IMG/VR virus record: IMGVR_UViG_3300037010_002844
Span: 186,001 to 250,000 of that record
Reading direction: 5' to 3' (one strand)
DNA length: 64,000 nucleotides
A program made the translations under genes and the position numbers. The stretch's first letter is position 1; every line of letters begins with the position of its first letter. The notes beneath the pieces are model-generated. The model saw only the letters and a list, made by a program, of their open reading frames with translations. It did no database searches and was not told the origin of the DNA. Shown here one piece after another: positions 55,231-64,000 of the stretch.

Positions 55231-58200
55231 ATGCCGAACACAGCTTCACCCTACATTCCCTCTTTCCTGAGGTCAGCGCTCGAGGACAACAAACCCGTTC
55301 AGTTGACGTTCAGCGAGGTGAAGCATACCAACATACAGAGTACCTCGTCATTTCTCTATGATCCGACGAATGCGCCGCTGAAGAACACGCAGCAGCTCAA
55401 CATCGACTGGTCGAAGTTCGAGAATCACACCTTTTTCTCGTCGGCCGAGGCAAAGGTCAATCTAGCGTTTGACCAGGTCATCAACGGTTACCCGTTCGAC
55501 GGTTCTCGGGCCGAGATCGAAGCCTTCTTTGAGCGTCTGACGGGCTTTGATAGGTGGGTCTTCGATCAGTTTCCGAAGTTCAAGGGCCAGTTGATGTTCT
55601 CAGGTACGCAGTACGGAGAGGACGTCGACGGAACGTTGGGCAGCTGGATCAAGCTCAACGATTTCGCTGGCGCGTTGTACCCAGAAATCTCCAAGAAAAA
55701 GTCGGGTGAAGGCGTCATCAATCCCAAGGATGGCGTCTCGTTCACCCTAGAGCTCAACGTTTTCCTGCCGCCTAAGACAAATAGCGTCTCGACAATTTTT
55801 CAGAAGTTGTCGGGTTCGCAGCAAGGCCTGTCGCTGTACCTTGAGAAGTCAATCTCGACGGGTTCATGTGTGGCACGATTTGCTGTCGTCTCTGGCAGCA
55901 GCTATGTCACAGCAGCTGCAACCCTCCGCAAGGGTTGCTTCAATCACGTCTGCGTGACGTTGAACCGCGAGTCGACCACCGACTTCGTCGACTTCTACGT
56001 CGATGAGGTGTTGCAGGAACGCTCACGTATGAGCAGTAACATCGGAGAGCTCGACATCGACGCCTCTGACGTGCTGATCGGAACGGGCACCATGATCTCG
56101 TTGGGTGCCACTGACGTCATTCCCAAGACGACGTTCAGCGGTTCTCTTGATGAGCTGCGTGTCTTTCACTCGGCTCGGACAGTCAATCAACAGGAGCTCT
56201 ATGCCAAGAAGGCGATCTACGCAACGCCTGACCTGAAGCTCTACTACCGTTTCAATGAGCCACCTCCTCCGCTGACGCCTGATCCCAACGACCCGGTCAA
56301 TGCCATTGTTCTAGATTCGAGCGGCAACTCGTTGCATGCTTTGATCACAAATTTCGAGCCCACGTTGAGGCATGACGCTAGTCAGGATCCTGCGAGCTTG
56401 ATGATCTATGAGAAGCCAGAGACGTACCCCGTCTTGTTCCCGGCCTATCCAACGACAGTCAACCTAAACACCCAACTTCTGGCGTCTGCGTCTGAATACG
56501 ACAAGCACAATCCAAATTTGATCACCAGGCTGGTTCCACAGCATTACCTCCTCGAGGGCGATGCACAGGATGGAACTGTCGACTGGACAGAACCACTGGC
56601 GCCCTACGGGGGCACGGGCATGCCGGGCCAAAGCAAGGCCTCGTCGCAGCAGATCGTCCTGTCGTTCCTTTACATCTGGGCACGCTTCTTCGATGAGATG
56701 AAGCTGTACCTCGATTCGTTCAGCGCCCTGCGCTACCTTGACTACACGGGTCACGATAACTCTCCCAACAACTTCTTGTATGACTTTGTCCGTGCATACG
56801 GGTTCCACCTGCCTCCCCTCTTCGGCGGTGCGACGATTGACCAATACGTCAACGCCGAGAACGTAGGCTACGAGATCGCGACTTCCGCATTTCCGTTGAA
56901 GGTTGTTCAGAACGAGCTACTGCGCCGCGTGTTGATCAACATGCCCCAAGTCGTCAGGTCAAAGGGCACGCAGCACGCGATCAAGTCATTCCTCCGCGCC
57001 ATGGGCATCGACCCCGAGAACTCGCTGCGGATCCGCGAGTACGGCGGGCCCACTGAACGCCCACTGTCATTCTCCCGTGAACGCAAGTTCGATTCTGGCG
57101 CCATGGTGCAGTTCGTCACCTCATCATTGGCAACGTCTCCCTTTCTTTCAGCATCACGTGTTGAGGTCGGATTTCCCAAACCCGCGGGCTCGATGGTTCA
57201 GCAGGACCTCTACCCGCCGCATGGCATTTCGCAGAATCAGAACGATGGGCTGCTGACGAGCGGCTCGTGGACCGTTGAGGGCATTTTCAAGTTCACACCT
57301 CAGAACATTGCACTGATGACGTCTGCGACACAGTCGTTGGCTCGCCTCGCGGTCGGTGACGCTCCGGGCACGTCAGGTAGCTTTGTGGCCAACCTGCTGG
57401 CAATCTCGTCGTCATTTGATCCCAAGGTCCTGCTCTACGTACGTCCTGGCAATGCATCGACGTCACCGCTGCTGCGCATGGAGATCGATCTGCCACCAGG
57501 CGGCATCTTCAATTACGATCGTTGGAACATCTCGTTCGGTCGCTACCGCAACGACGAGGTGAAGTCTAACGTTTCCTCGAGCTACTTCCTCCGCGTTGCC
57601 ACACAGAACGATGGTGATGTCACTTGGTTCGCCAGCACCAGCAGCTTCTTCCTCGAGAATCCTGCTGGAGAAGCAAATGTCTGGCAAGCCATCACGCTCG
57701 AGGCACCGTCTGGCAGCTACCTAGCAATTGGCGAAAACCAGGCTTCAGTATCCAGCAGTCTGTTTTTGGCAGATATTCTAGCAGTCCCTGAGGAGGCCCG
57801 GACGACGGCATTTACTGGTCGTGCGTCTAACCTTCGATTCTGGTCAAAGGCCGTGTCCGACGCAGAGTTCCGTGAGCACACTCGAAACTACAAGTCACTG
57901 GGCGTTGAGAACCCGCTGGTCAACTACAACTTTAACCAGACGAGCACGGGCTCCTGGAACCGCGTCCGCATTGATGCACTGCAGAAACAGGTGGATCGCG
58001 CGGCGGTGACGAGCTCAATGGGAATCTCGGGCAGCATCACCTTCATCGACTTCTCGCTCAATGGCCTTCACTTGACAGGATCTGGTTTTCCACCGGGCGT
58101 CAATTCGGTGGTGGGCGAGATCTTTGATCACTCCTACCTGTCGCCTTACTTTGACGAGGCAGCAACAGACGAGAAGATCCGCGTTCGAGGCTACCAGAAT

Positions 58201-58704
58201 CAAGACCTGGTTGACGCAACTCCTTGGGCATCGGTGGCACCCGTTCACGAGATCGTCAGGAGCGAGCGCCCGACCGACGACACGCGGCTGAGCATTGAGT
58301 TTTCACTGGTCGACGCCTTGAACCGCGACATCGTCACTCTGTTTTCCACCTTCGATGCACTGGACAACGCTTTGGGCGCACCGGAGCTGGTGTATTCACC
58401 TGATTACCCGAACCTCGATCACCTGCGTAACGTATACTTCAACAGGATCACCCGTAGGCTGAACTTTCAGGACTTCTTCGAGTTCTTCAGGTGGTTCGAC
58501 AAGACGCTGGGAACCTTCATCGAGCAATTGATTCCCCGCAAGACGCGGTTCAAGGGGACCAACTTCACCATCGAGTCGCACATGTTGGAGCGTGCAAAGT
58601 TGGAACACCTCTCCTCCGAGATTTATCTCGGCGAAGAAGACCGCAGCCGCATCCGCGACGTGTTGCTGGTGCAGCAAGTGACCGGCATCATAAGGAAATA
58701 CTAA
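55231..58704 (+). CDS. Baseplate gp7/tail-I-like protein with LamG domains
   Basis: FNHVCVT..FYVDE..FSGSLDELRVFHSART..LKLYYRFNE (LamG); RSKGT..AIK.FLRAMGI motif. Confidence 0.75.
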   Translation: MPNTASPYIPSFLRSALEDNKPVQLTFSEVKHTNIQSTSSFLYDPTNAPLKNTQQLNIDWSKFENHTFFSSAEAKVNLAFDQVINGYPFDGSRAEIEAFFERLTGFDRWVFDQFPKFKGQLMFSGTQYGEDVDGTLGSWIKLNDFAGALYPEISKKKSGEGVINPKDGVSFTLELNVFLPPKTNSVSTIFQKLSGSQQGLSLYLEKSISTGSCVARFAVVSGSSYVTAAATLRKGCFNHVCVTLNRESTTDFVDFYVDEVLQERSRMSSNIGELDIDASDVLIGTGTMISLGATDVIPKTTFSGSLDELRVFHSARTVNQQELYAKKAIYATPDLKLYYRFNEPPPPLTPDPNDPVNAIVLDSSGNSLHALITNFEPTLRHDASQDPASLMIYEKPETYPVLFPAYPTTVNLNTQLLASASEYDKHNPNLITRLVPQHYLLEGDAQDGTVDWTEPLAPYGGTGMPGQSKASSQQIVLSFLYIWARFFDEMKLYLDSFSALRYLDYTGHDNSPNNFLYDFVRAYGFHLPPLFGGATIDQYVNAENVGYEIATSAFPLKVVQNELLRRVLINMPQVVRSKGTQHAIKSFLRAMGIDPENSLRIREYGGPTERPLSFSRERKFDSGAMVQFVTSSLATSPFLSASRVEVGFPKPAGSMVQQDLYPPHGISQNQNDGLLTSGSWTVEGIFKFTPQNIALMTSATQSLARLAVGDAPGTSGSFVANLLAISSSFDPKVLLYVRPGNASTSPLLRMEIDLPPGGIFNYDRWNISFGRYRNDEVKSNVSSSYFLRVATQNDGDVTWFASTSSFFLENPAGEANVWQAITLEAPSGSYLAIGENQASVSSSLFLADILAVPEEARTTAFTGRASNLRFWSKAVSDAEFREHTRNYKSLGVENPLVNYNFNQTSTGSWNRVRIDALQKQVDRAAVTSSMGISGSITFIDFSLNGLHLTGSGFPPGVNSVVGEIFDHSYLSPYFDEAATDEKIRVRGYQNQDLVDATPWASVAPVHEIVRSERPTDDTRLSIEFSLVDALNRDIVTLFSTFDALDNALGAPELVYSPDYPNLDHLRNVYFNRITRRLNFQDFFEFFRWFDKTLGTFIEQLIPRKTRFKGTNFTIESHMLERAKLEHLSSEIYLGEEDRSRIRDVLLVQQVTGIIRKY

Positions 58705-58705
58705 A

Positions 58706-59638
58706 ATGGGCGTCAACCTGAACTTCTTCCGAAATCCAGGCTTTCAGGAGCCCGATTGGTTCGATGAGGGACCTCTCGTCACTGCTAAGTCCAACGTCAA
58801 GTACGAGTACACATACTTCAGCGCATCAGTTTTGATTAACGGCATGATTGTCAATAAGATTGACACGATCGCCACTGCTGTGCAGCAGGGCCACGATACG
58901 TCGCAAATCGACGGTTACCGTCAGGGCGTTGAGCTGACACAGATGAAACACTTTGACGCTGGTCTCGTCAAGATTCACGCTGGTGAGCCCGGGCACGTGC
59001 TTCGCAAGAACAACTTTGGTGAAGACAAGAACTTCTTCCCGGACCCACGTTACGGGGACCTCGACCTGTTCAACCCAGTGCGCTTCCTGGAGGCACAAGA
59101 ACACATTTCGTACCTTGACAAGGAAATTCTGACGTTCCCGATCGTTACTGGCGACTCTGACCAACTCGAGTCGTTCAACACCAACGGTGTCATTGAACCA
59201 TTGGCGATCCGCGCACCTGCTGCTTTCTACTCGATGGACATTCCCTTCGAGAGTCACAGCATCAAGGGTTCTTTCATGGGTGGCAGCGAGGATCAATCGC
59301 GGGCCTCATGTCAGATCGTCGGCATTGATGACTTTGATCCCGAATCACGCATCGTCGAGTACCTGGATGACGTCGACATGCTTGGGACCATGGGCGTCTC
59401 GACGGGCTTCTTCCGCTACGACAAGGTCTACCTCAAACCCTTCAAGGATGAGCGTTATCCGAGAAATGTAGCCTCTTCTTCACGCGGCAGCGACATGGAT
59501 GCCGCGTTGTCACTGATGTCAGGCTCGACCGACAACTACGTGTCGAGCAAACAGAGGTCACAGGCGACGGGTTGGGATTATGATACTGCGGCGGCGGTCG
59601 GCACCGACTCGATCGCTTTCGGAGGCATGACATACTGA
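58706..59638 (+). CDS. Hypothetical structural protein
   Basis: 310 aa; coupled within the baseplate operon. Confidence 0.7.
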   Translation: MGVNLNFFRNPGFQEPDWFDEGPLVTAKSNVKYEYTYFSASVLINGMIVNKIDTIATAVQQGHDTSQIDGYRQGVELTQMKHFDAGLVKIHAGEPGHVLRKNNFGEDKNFFPDPRYGDLDLFNPVRFLEAQEHISYLDKEILTFPIVTGDSDQLESFNTNGVIEPLAIRAPAAFYSMDIPFESHSIKGSFMGGSEDQSRASCQIVGIDDFDPESRIVEYLDDVDMLGTMGVSTGFFRYDKVYLKPFKDERYPRNVASSSRGSDMDAALSLMSGSTDNYVSSKQRSQATGWDYDTAAAVGTDSIAFGGMTY

Positions 59639-62600
59639 TGCCGGCTTCATCGACCCAACTTCGTAAAGCACCTCAGCGCAGATTTGAGGACTACACCCTC
59701 AATCGAATCGTCAGTCCTGAGGTGGGCCTGTATCCGATCGCAACTTCTGCGATGACGGAAGTTCCGGGCTGGACAACCTCGGGACCGACGGGCGGGGCTC
59801 CTGGCGCTGATGACGGTCCGTCGATCAATCTCGACCTGGGATTTGTCTTTCACTTCGACGGCATCGACTACACTCAAATTGAGGTGACCCCCAACGGCGT
59901 CGCCGTGTTGATCGATCCGGCCACGAGCCCGATATCAGGTACAGTCATCGGTGACTGTACGTTTGTCACCTACGACAACTCTTCGATCAGGTCGCCTTTC
60001 AACGCCACTGCCAATCACGTGTTGCTGTGTGTCTGGTTTGACGACCTTCGCAACCTGTACAAGACAGGAAAAGATTTCCGCGATGATTTTCCGTCTCAGA
60101 TCACGGATCAGCAACTGCTATATCAGCAGCGTGGCCTTGATCTGCCGAACGAGCGTTACAATGCCGTCGAGTACGGCATCAAGTATGCCTATGTCACGAC
60201 GAAGGAAGGCATCCGGGCGACGGTATTTCGTTGGAACTCATTGAGCAACTTTTCGTTCGCAGGTTCAAAGCTGCGCTTTGATCTTGTCATCTACGAAAAC
60301 GGCGTCATCGAGTATCGCTACCACACGCGCATCGGCATCTACAAGACCGACCCAGTGCACCTAGAGTCTGCGACCATCGGCGTCTTCCTGAACAACGATC
60401 CCAATTCGCCGAGTTACTGGCGATTCCGCGACTTCACGGTCGGGATGGGTTACCGTGACCAGGATCGCACGCCGTACAGGTTGGGCGGTTACGTGTACGA
60501 TTCAACGTATGTCGATGGCCTATCGTCAGTGCCGTACACCGTCAACCTGACGCCGGAACTTCACTGGCCCGGTCTCAACAGTGAAGGCTGCGTAATGCGG
60601 TTCACACCGCCGCAGAACCGTCGCAAGATTCTGCCCCGTAGAGAGCTCGCTCAGCGTGACGCAAGAACCTCGTATCCTCTGGCGGCCAGGACTGGCGACG
60701 GGGACAGGTTGGGCACGCGTTTGAGTGCGTTCGATGATCGTCGAACGTTGACCTACGTTCCCGGCGTGGTCGTCGACTATCCGACGACAATTCCTCGTCG
60801 TTATGCTGACTCTGAACCAGGAGCACCTGACAGGATCAACCTGTTCGGTAGCATGGAGGTCACTGGCAGCATCATCAAAGGAAATGCTGACACGTTCATT
60901 GGCAATGAACCCAAGCAATTCATCACGCCATTTTCTGACCATGAACGACCCGAGCAGTCCAGGTCGAGCCAGGTATACTATGCCACGGGCTCAAACGTCG
61001 ACATCTTCGGCGATAACCTGAAGGAACCGCTGTCAGCCAAGACTCAGATTAAACTCGAGCTACCGATTGAATATGCGACCTGGATGTTTGAGACAACGTC
61101 CAGCATCTATTACTACAATGTGCAGTCACGCGGGTGGTACGTTCCTCGAAACGTTGTCACGAATCTTGGACACGGAAATTACGACCTGAGTGATCCGCTG
61201 GCGGCGCTCGATTACCTCGTCAATCCTGAAGATGCTCGAGGTTTCGGTGCGCTCGGCAACTCCATCTCATCTGGATCACACAACCAAAATCTGGGACAGC
61301 AGACAGACGCCGTGTTGGGATTCAGTAGCCCACCACCGTTCAATCTCAACCTCGACAAGCTAAGCAGCATTCTGTCAAGGCAGTACCCGAATAGTGTCCA
61401 GACGAATCCGAAATACCTTGCGACCTCAGACGAGCAGTTTGAACTGCCCATCAACCACCCATTCTTGATCGAGAAGGTCATCTTCGAGATTCCGATGACA
61501 ATGGGTCCTGGCTGGTTCAACGATAGAACGACCACAAGCGTTCCGATTACTTCAGCCTATAACGGTGGCATCAACTTCTATACGTACGACTTCGCTGGCC
61601 CTGCAATCACGGTCTCGCTCTTCAACCAACAGCAAGCCGGGCCCAACACGTACCGCGACCTGATCACGTCAGGAACCGTCATCCCGTTGGGTGATAACTA
61701 CGCAAACGTCAAGGCGACCAAGGTCTACTACTATACCGGCATAGGCATTCTGCCAGCCTGGATCTTCTCTCCTGAAGGCTTCGTCTCATACAACGCCACG
61801 CCCTCGAGCGTTGTGCGACCTGATGGTGACAACTACTTCACGGGTAGCATCGAGATTCCGACCATCGCGGGCGTTTCAAATGGAATTATTGCAGAGTACA
61901 CGTCTATCTTTGCAGACCCTGACATCGAAAGCAACCGCGTCAATGTGTTGAAGTGGTTGACGAGCCCAACCGTCGACGTCAATTCGACGACCGAGATCTT
62001 CGAAGGCGGTAGCGGCATCACTGTCGTCAAGGACGTTGATCCATTTGGTCGAGCCGCGACCGGGTTCAACCCCTCGGGACGCTCAGTATTCGGAAAAGAG
62101 TTCGTTACCACTCAGACGTCTATCAACTCACGAGGACAGTTCAAGAATCCCCTCTTCATCTCTGCCTCGACCACCTCATCGACGAGCTCACTGCCGCAGA
62201 ACTACCAAAACGCGATCAATGATCCCAACTTCGTTGCCGCAGTCATCTCTGCCATCAACGTCGGCAGCACCTACCCGTCACCCTATCTGGTCCTGCCTGG
62301 CGATAAGTTGACGTTGGCGCTTTCCAAGATGCGACCGTCGATCTTCACAAACGGTCAGGACAATTTGACGTCGTCGTTGCCGGTGGATTACTTCACCGCA
62401 TCACTACGTCACGATGTGACACTGCCGACGGGGACCATCAAGATCACGTTGTACGGCACGTTGCTGCGGGAATCAAGGGAACGACACAGCACATTGAACC
62501 AGCCACTGAGTTCTGACACAATTCACGAGACGATCGGCGATGATCCTGTACTCGATCAGTACAACGTAGAGTACCCTGGTTCGTACTGGGGGACGTACAC

Positions 62601-63906
62601 GGACGACTACATCACCGGAAGCATGTTGTCGATCGTCTCGTCAGGAGGCAGCCGCTACTTTGTGACCGGCTCGCGGGGCAAGGTCTTTCAGAGGTTGGAT
62701 GCTCGTTCGCAGCCCGCGCCCGCCTCTTCTCCAATCACCTCGTACGAGGTTCAGCAGAACAACTCGAAGTCATTCAGATTGCAGCCGTGGTACGAGCGAG
62801 CAAACCGGCCCATTGTCACTCAGCTCCTGTCTGATTCTGAGACATACTATGATTCTATGGTTCCAGACCTCGCGCAGTGCCTCAAGGCAAGTGGCAATGG
62901 AATCTGGATCTTGAAGAATGGCGACGTTCCACCCGCGCCGTTTGACTCGACGAAAGTCAAGGTAGGTCCAACAGTGGGCTACCTCTATTTCAACAATCAA
63001 GTGGACTCGGCTAGCGAGACAATCGAATCCCTCGCTAACGGCGTTTGGACGTGGTCTTATCCATTTGAGCCGCGCTACAGCGACATTCCTCGCTCAATAG
63101 GCATGTCAAAGTCGCTGGTGGCTGAGCGCGAATACTCGAGTGGGTCAAACATGATCTCTCCGATCACCCCGCACGAAATCGACACGTTCTATCCAATCTT
63201 TGTTGGCACTACGCCTCACGTTGGATTCTTTGAAGATTATCTACACTTGGCATTGAATCAGTTCGCCATCTCCTGGCAGATCGCTGCTGACGTTGACCTT
63301 CGAAGATCGTCGCCCTATTACCTCACCAGCTCACTGTCGCCAGATGATATGATCAGGGTCATGTATGGCTATGGTGACATCAACACCATGGTGCCCCAAA
63401 AGGTCACCGGAAGTTGGCCTAACGTCACGCCAGATTATACGTCATCGTCAGTGGCGGGTTGCAACAATCAACCTGCTTGGCGTGACCAAGAAATTGCAAA
63501 GGGCCTATACGCAACGTACCTGGTCGGTCCGATCATCAGAGGTTGGAAATACGGGCTCTATAACGGACTGCCGGTCAAGAGCCACGCTACGTTCCGTCGT
63601 GATCGTTACGGTCAAAACCGTGATATGCTCGAGCAGCGCCCGTTCACCAAGTACTACCAGGCGACCGACACCGCCGACAATAAGGCTGGAGTTCTACGCA
63701 GTGCGGTGCAAGTTACCTTCGTCGACTCACAAGGCAGGATCACACCGCCAGAAAACACCTGGTCGCAGAACTTGAGCACTGAGGCTACATCGTCGATGCC
63801 GTACTTTGACGGTCAAGCCGTGAATCGCCCAGACCCCAACCCGGCGGCGCTAAACCAGTCGATCATCACGTTCACGTCCAATGTCTTTGGCAACTTGACG
63901 GTCTAA
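59638..63906 (+). CDS. Large virion protein with N-terminal NIDO-like domain
   Basis: LGFVFHFDG.DY..IEVTPNG...VWFDDL; C-terminal GWKYGL...FR.DRYGQ.RDMLEQR; Ser/Thr-rich. Confidence 0.65.
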   Translation: MPASSTQLRKAPQRRFEDYTLNRIVSPEVGLYPIATSAMTEVPGWTTSGPTGGAPGADDGPSINLDLGFVFHFDGIDYTQIEVTPNGVAVLIDPATSPISGTVIGDCTFVTYDNSSIRSPFNATANHVLLCVWFDDLRNLYKTGKDFRDDFPSQITDQQLLYQQRGLDLPNERYNAVEYGIKYAYVTTKEGIRATVFRWNSLSNFSFAGSKLRFDLVIYENGVIEYRYHTRIGIYKTDPVHLESATIGVFLNNDPNSPSYWRFRDFTVGMGYRDQDRTPYRLGGYVYDSTYVDGLSSVPYTVNLTPELHWPGLNSEGCVMRFTPPQNRRKILPRRELAQRDARTSYPLAARTGDGDRLGTRLSAFDDRRTLTYVPGVVVDYPTTIPRRYADSEPGAPDRINLFGSMEVTGSIIKGNADTFIGNEPKQFITPFSDHERPEQSRSSQVYYATGSNVDIFGDNLKEPLSAKTQIKLELPIEYATWMFETTSSIYYYNVQSRGWYVPRNVVTNLGHGNYDLSDPLAALDYLVNPEDARGFGALGNSISSGSHNQNLGQQTDAVLGFSSPPPFNLNLDKLSSILSRQYPNSVQTNPKYLATSDEQFELPINHPFLIEKVIFEIPMTMGPGWFNDRTTTSVPITSAYNGGINFYTYDFAGPAITVSLFNQQQAGPNTYRDLITSGTVIPLGDNYANVKATKVYYYTGIGILPAWIFSPEGFVSYNATPSSVVRPDGDNYFTGSIEIPTIAGVSNGIIAEYTSIFADPDIESNRVNVLKWLTSPTVDVNSTTEIFEGGSGITVVKDVDPFGRAATGFNPSGRSVFGKEFVTTQTSINSRGQFKNPLFISASTTSSTSSLPQNYQNAINDPNFVAAVISAINVGSTYPSPYLVLPGDKLTLALSKMRPSIFTNGQDNLTSSLPVDYFTASLRHDVTLPTGTIKITLYGTLLRESRERHSTLNQPLSSDTIHETIGDDPVLDQYNVEYPGSYWGTYTDDYITGSMLSIVSSGGSRYFVTGSRGKVFQRLDARSQPAPASSPITSYEVQQNNSKSFRLQPWYERANRPIVTQLLSDSETYYDSMVPDLAQCLKASGNGIWILKNGDVPPAPFDSTKVKVGPTVGYLYFNNQVDSASETIESLANGVWTWSYPFEPRYSDIPRSIGMSKSLVAEREYSSGSNMISPITPHEIDTFYPIFVGTTPHVGFFEDYLHLALNQFAISWQIAADVDLRRSSPYYLTSSLSPDDMIRVMYGYGDINTMVPQKVTGSWPNVTPDYTSSSVAGCNNQPAWRDQEIAKGLYATYLVGPIIRGWKYGLYNGLPVKSHATFRRDRYGQNRDMLEQRPFTKYYQATDTADNKAGVLRSAVQVTFVDSQGRITPPENTWSQNLSTEATSSMPYFDGQAVNRPDPNPAALNQSIITFTSNVFGNLTV

Positions 63907-63909
63907 ACG

Positions 63910-64000
63910 ATGCCGACGAAGGACGACGCAGCGCACTCATTCTTTGTGTTCGTCAAGGACGTCAACACGGGCAAGATCTCGCGTGTTGCCTTTCCGGGCG
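63910..64000 (+). CDS. Hypothetical protein (partial, runs off the window edge)
   Basis: ATG 4 nt after the previous TAA; MPTKDDAAHSFFVFVKD... Confidence 0.55.
   Translation, partial: MPTKDDAAHSFFVFVKDVNTGKISRVAFPG

Noticed and set aside
1-64000. Genome-wide TAG reassignment (translation table 15)
   Set aside because: Long genes are intact and densely packed under code 11. TAG ends genes at natural C-termini (e.g. RLDF* at 2015), and the TAG at 40798-40800 is backed by TAA two codons later. Only conditional or partial suppression is supportable.

Overview
The window is a gene-dense (~57% GC) fragment of a large, contractile-tailed dsDNA bacteriophage genome. There are no host housekeeping genes and no integrase, and genes show Shine-Dalgarno sites and ATGA/GTGA translational coupling. 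Positions 1-22.6 kb are mostly minus-strand: virion structural genes, phoH, a DinG-like helicase, clpP, an Hc1-like protein and a divergent chaperonin. An AT-rich TTAAG repeat sits at the strand switch (22.66-22.83 kb). The plus strand carries a ~14 kb sugar-biosynthesis and glycosyltransferase cluster, an NAD+ salvage pair (NMNAT-Nudix + NAMPT), a translation-related module, more glycosyltransferases, a gp55-like sigma factor and a T4-like baseplate module (gp5/gp25/gp6/gp7-like, LamG and NIDO-like domains). The most unusual signal is at 40.9-43.3 kb. Two tandem tRNAs there both have a CUA (amber-reading) anticodon, although TAG still ends some genes. They are flanked on both sides by ORFs broken by in-frame TAG. 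Upstream is a leader peptide whose TAG is followed in frame by an RGPP arrest-type motif, and the RGPP-coding segment can base-pair with the downstream Shine-Dalgarno. Together these suggest an amber-readthrough-gated regulatory system. Family assignments come from motif recognition only; no searches were run.
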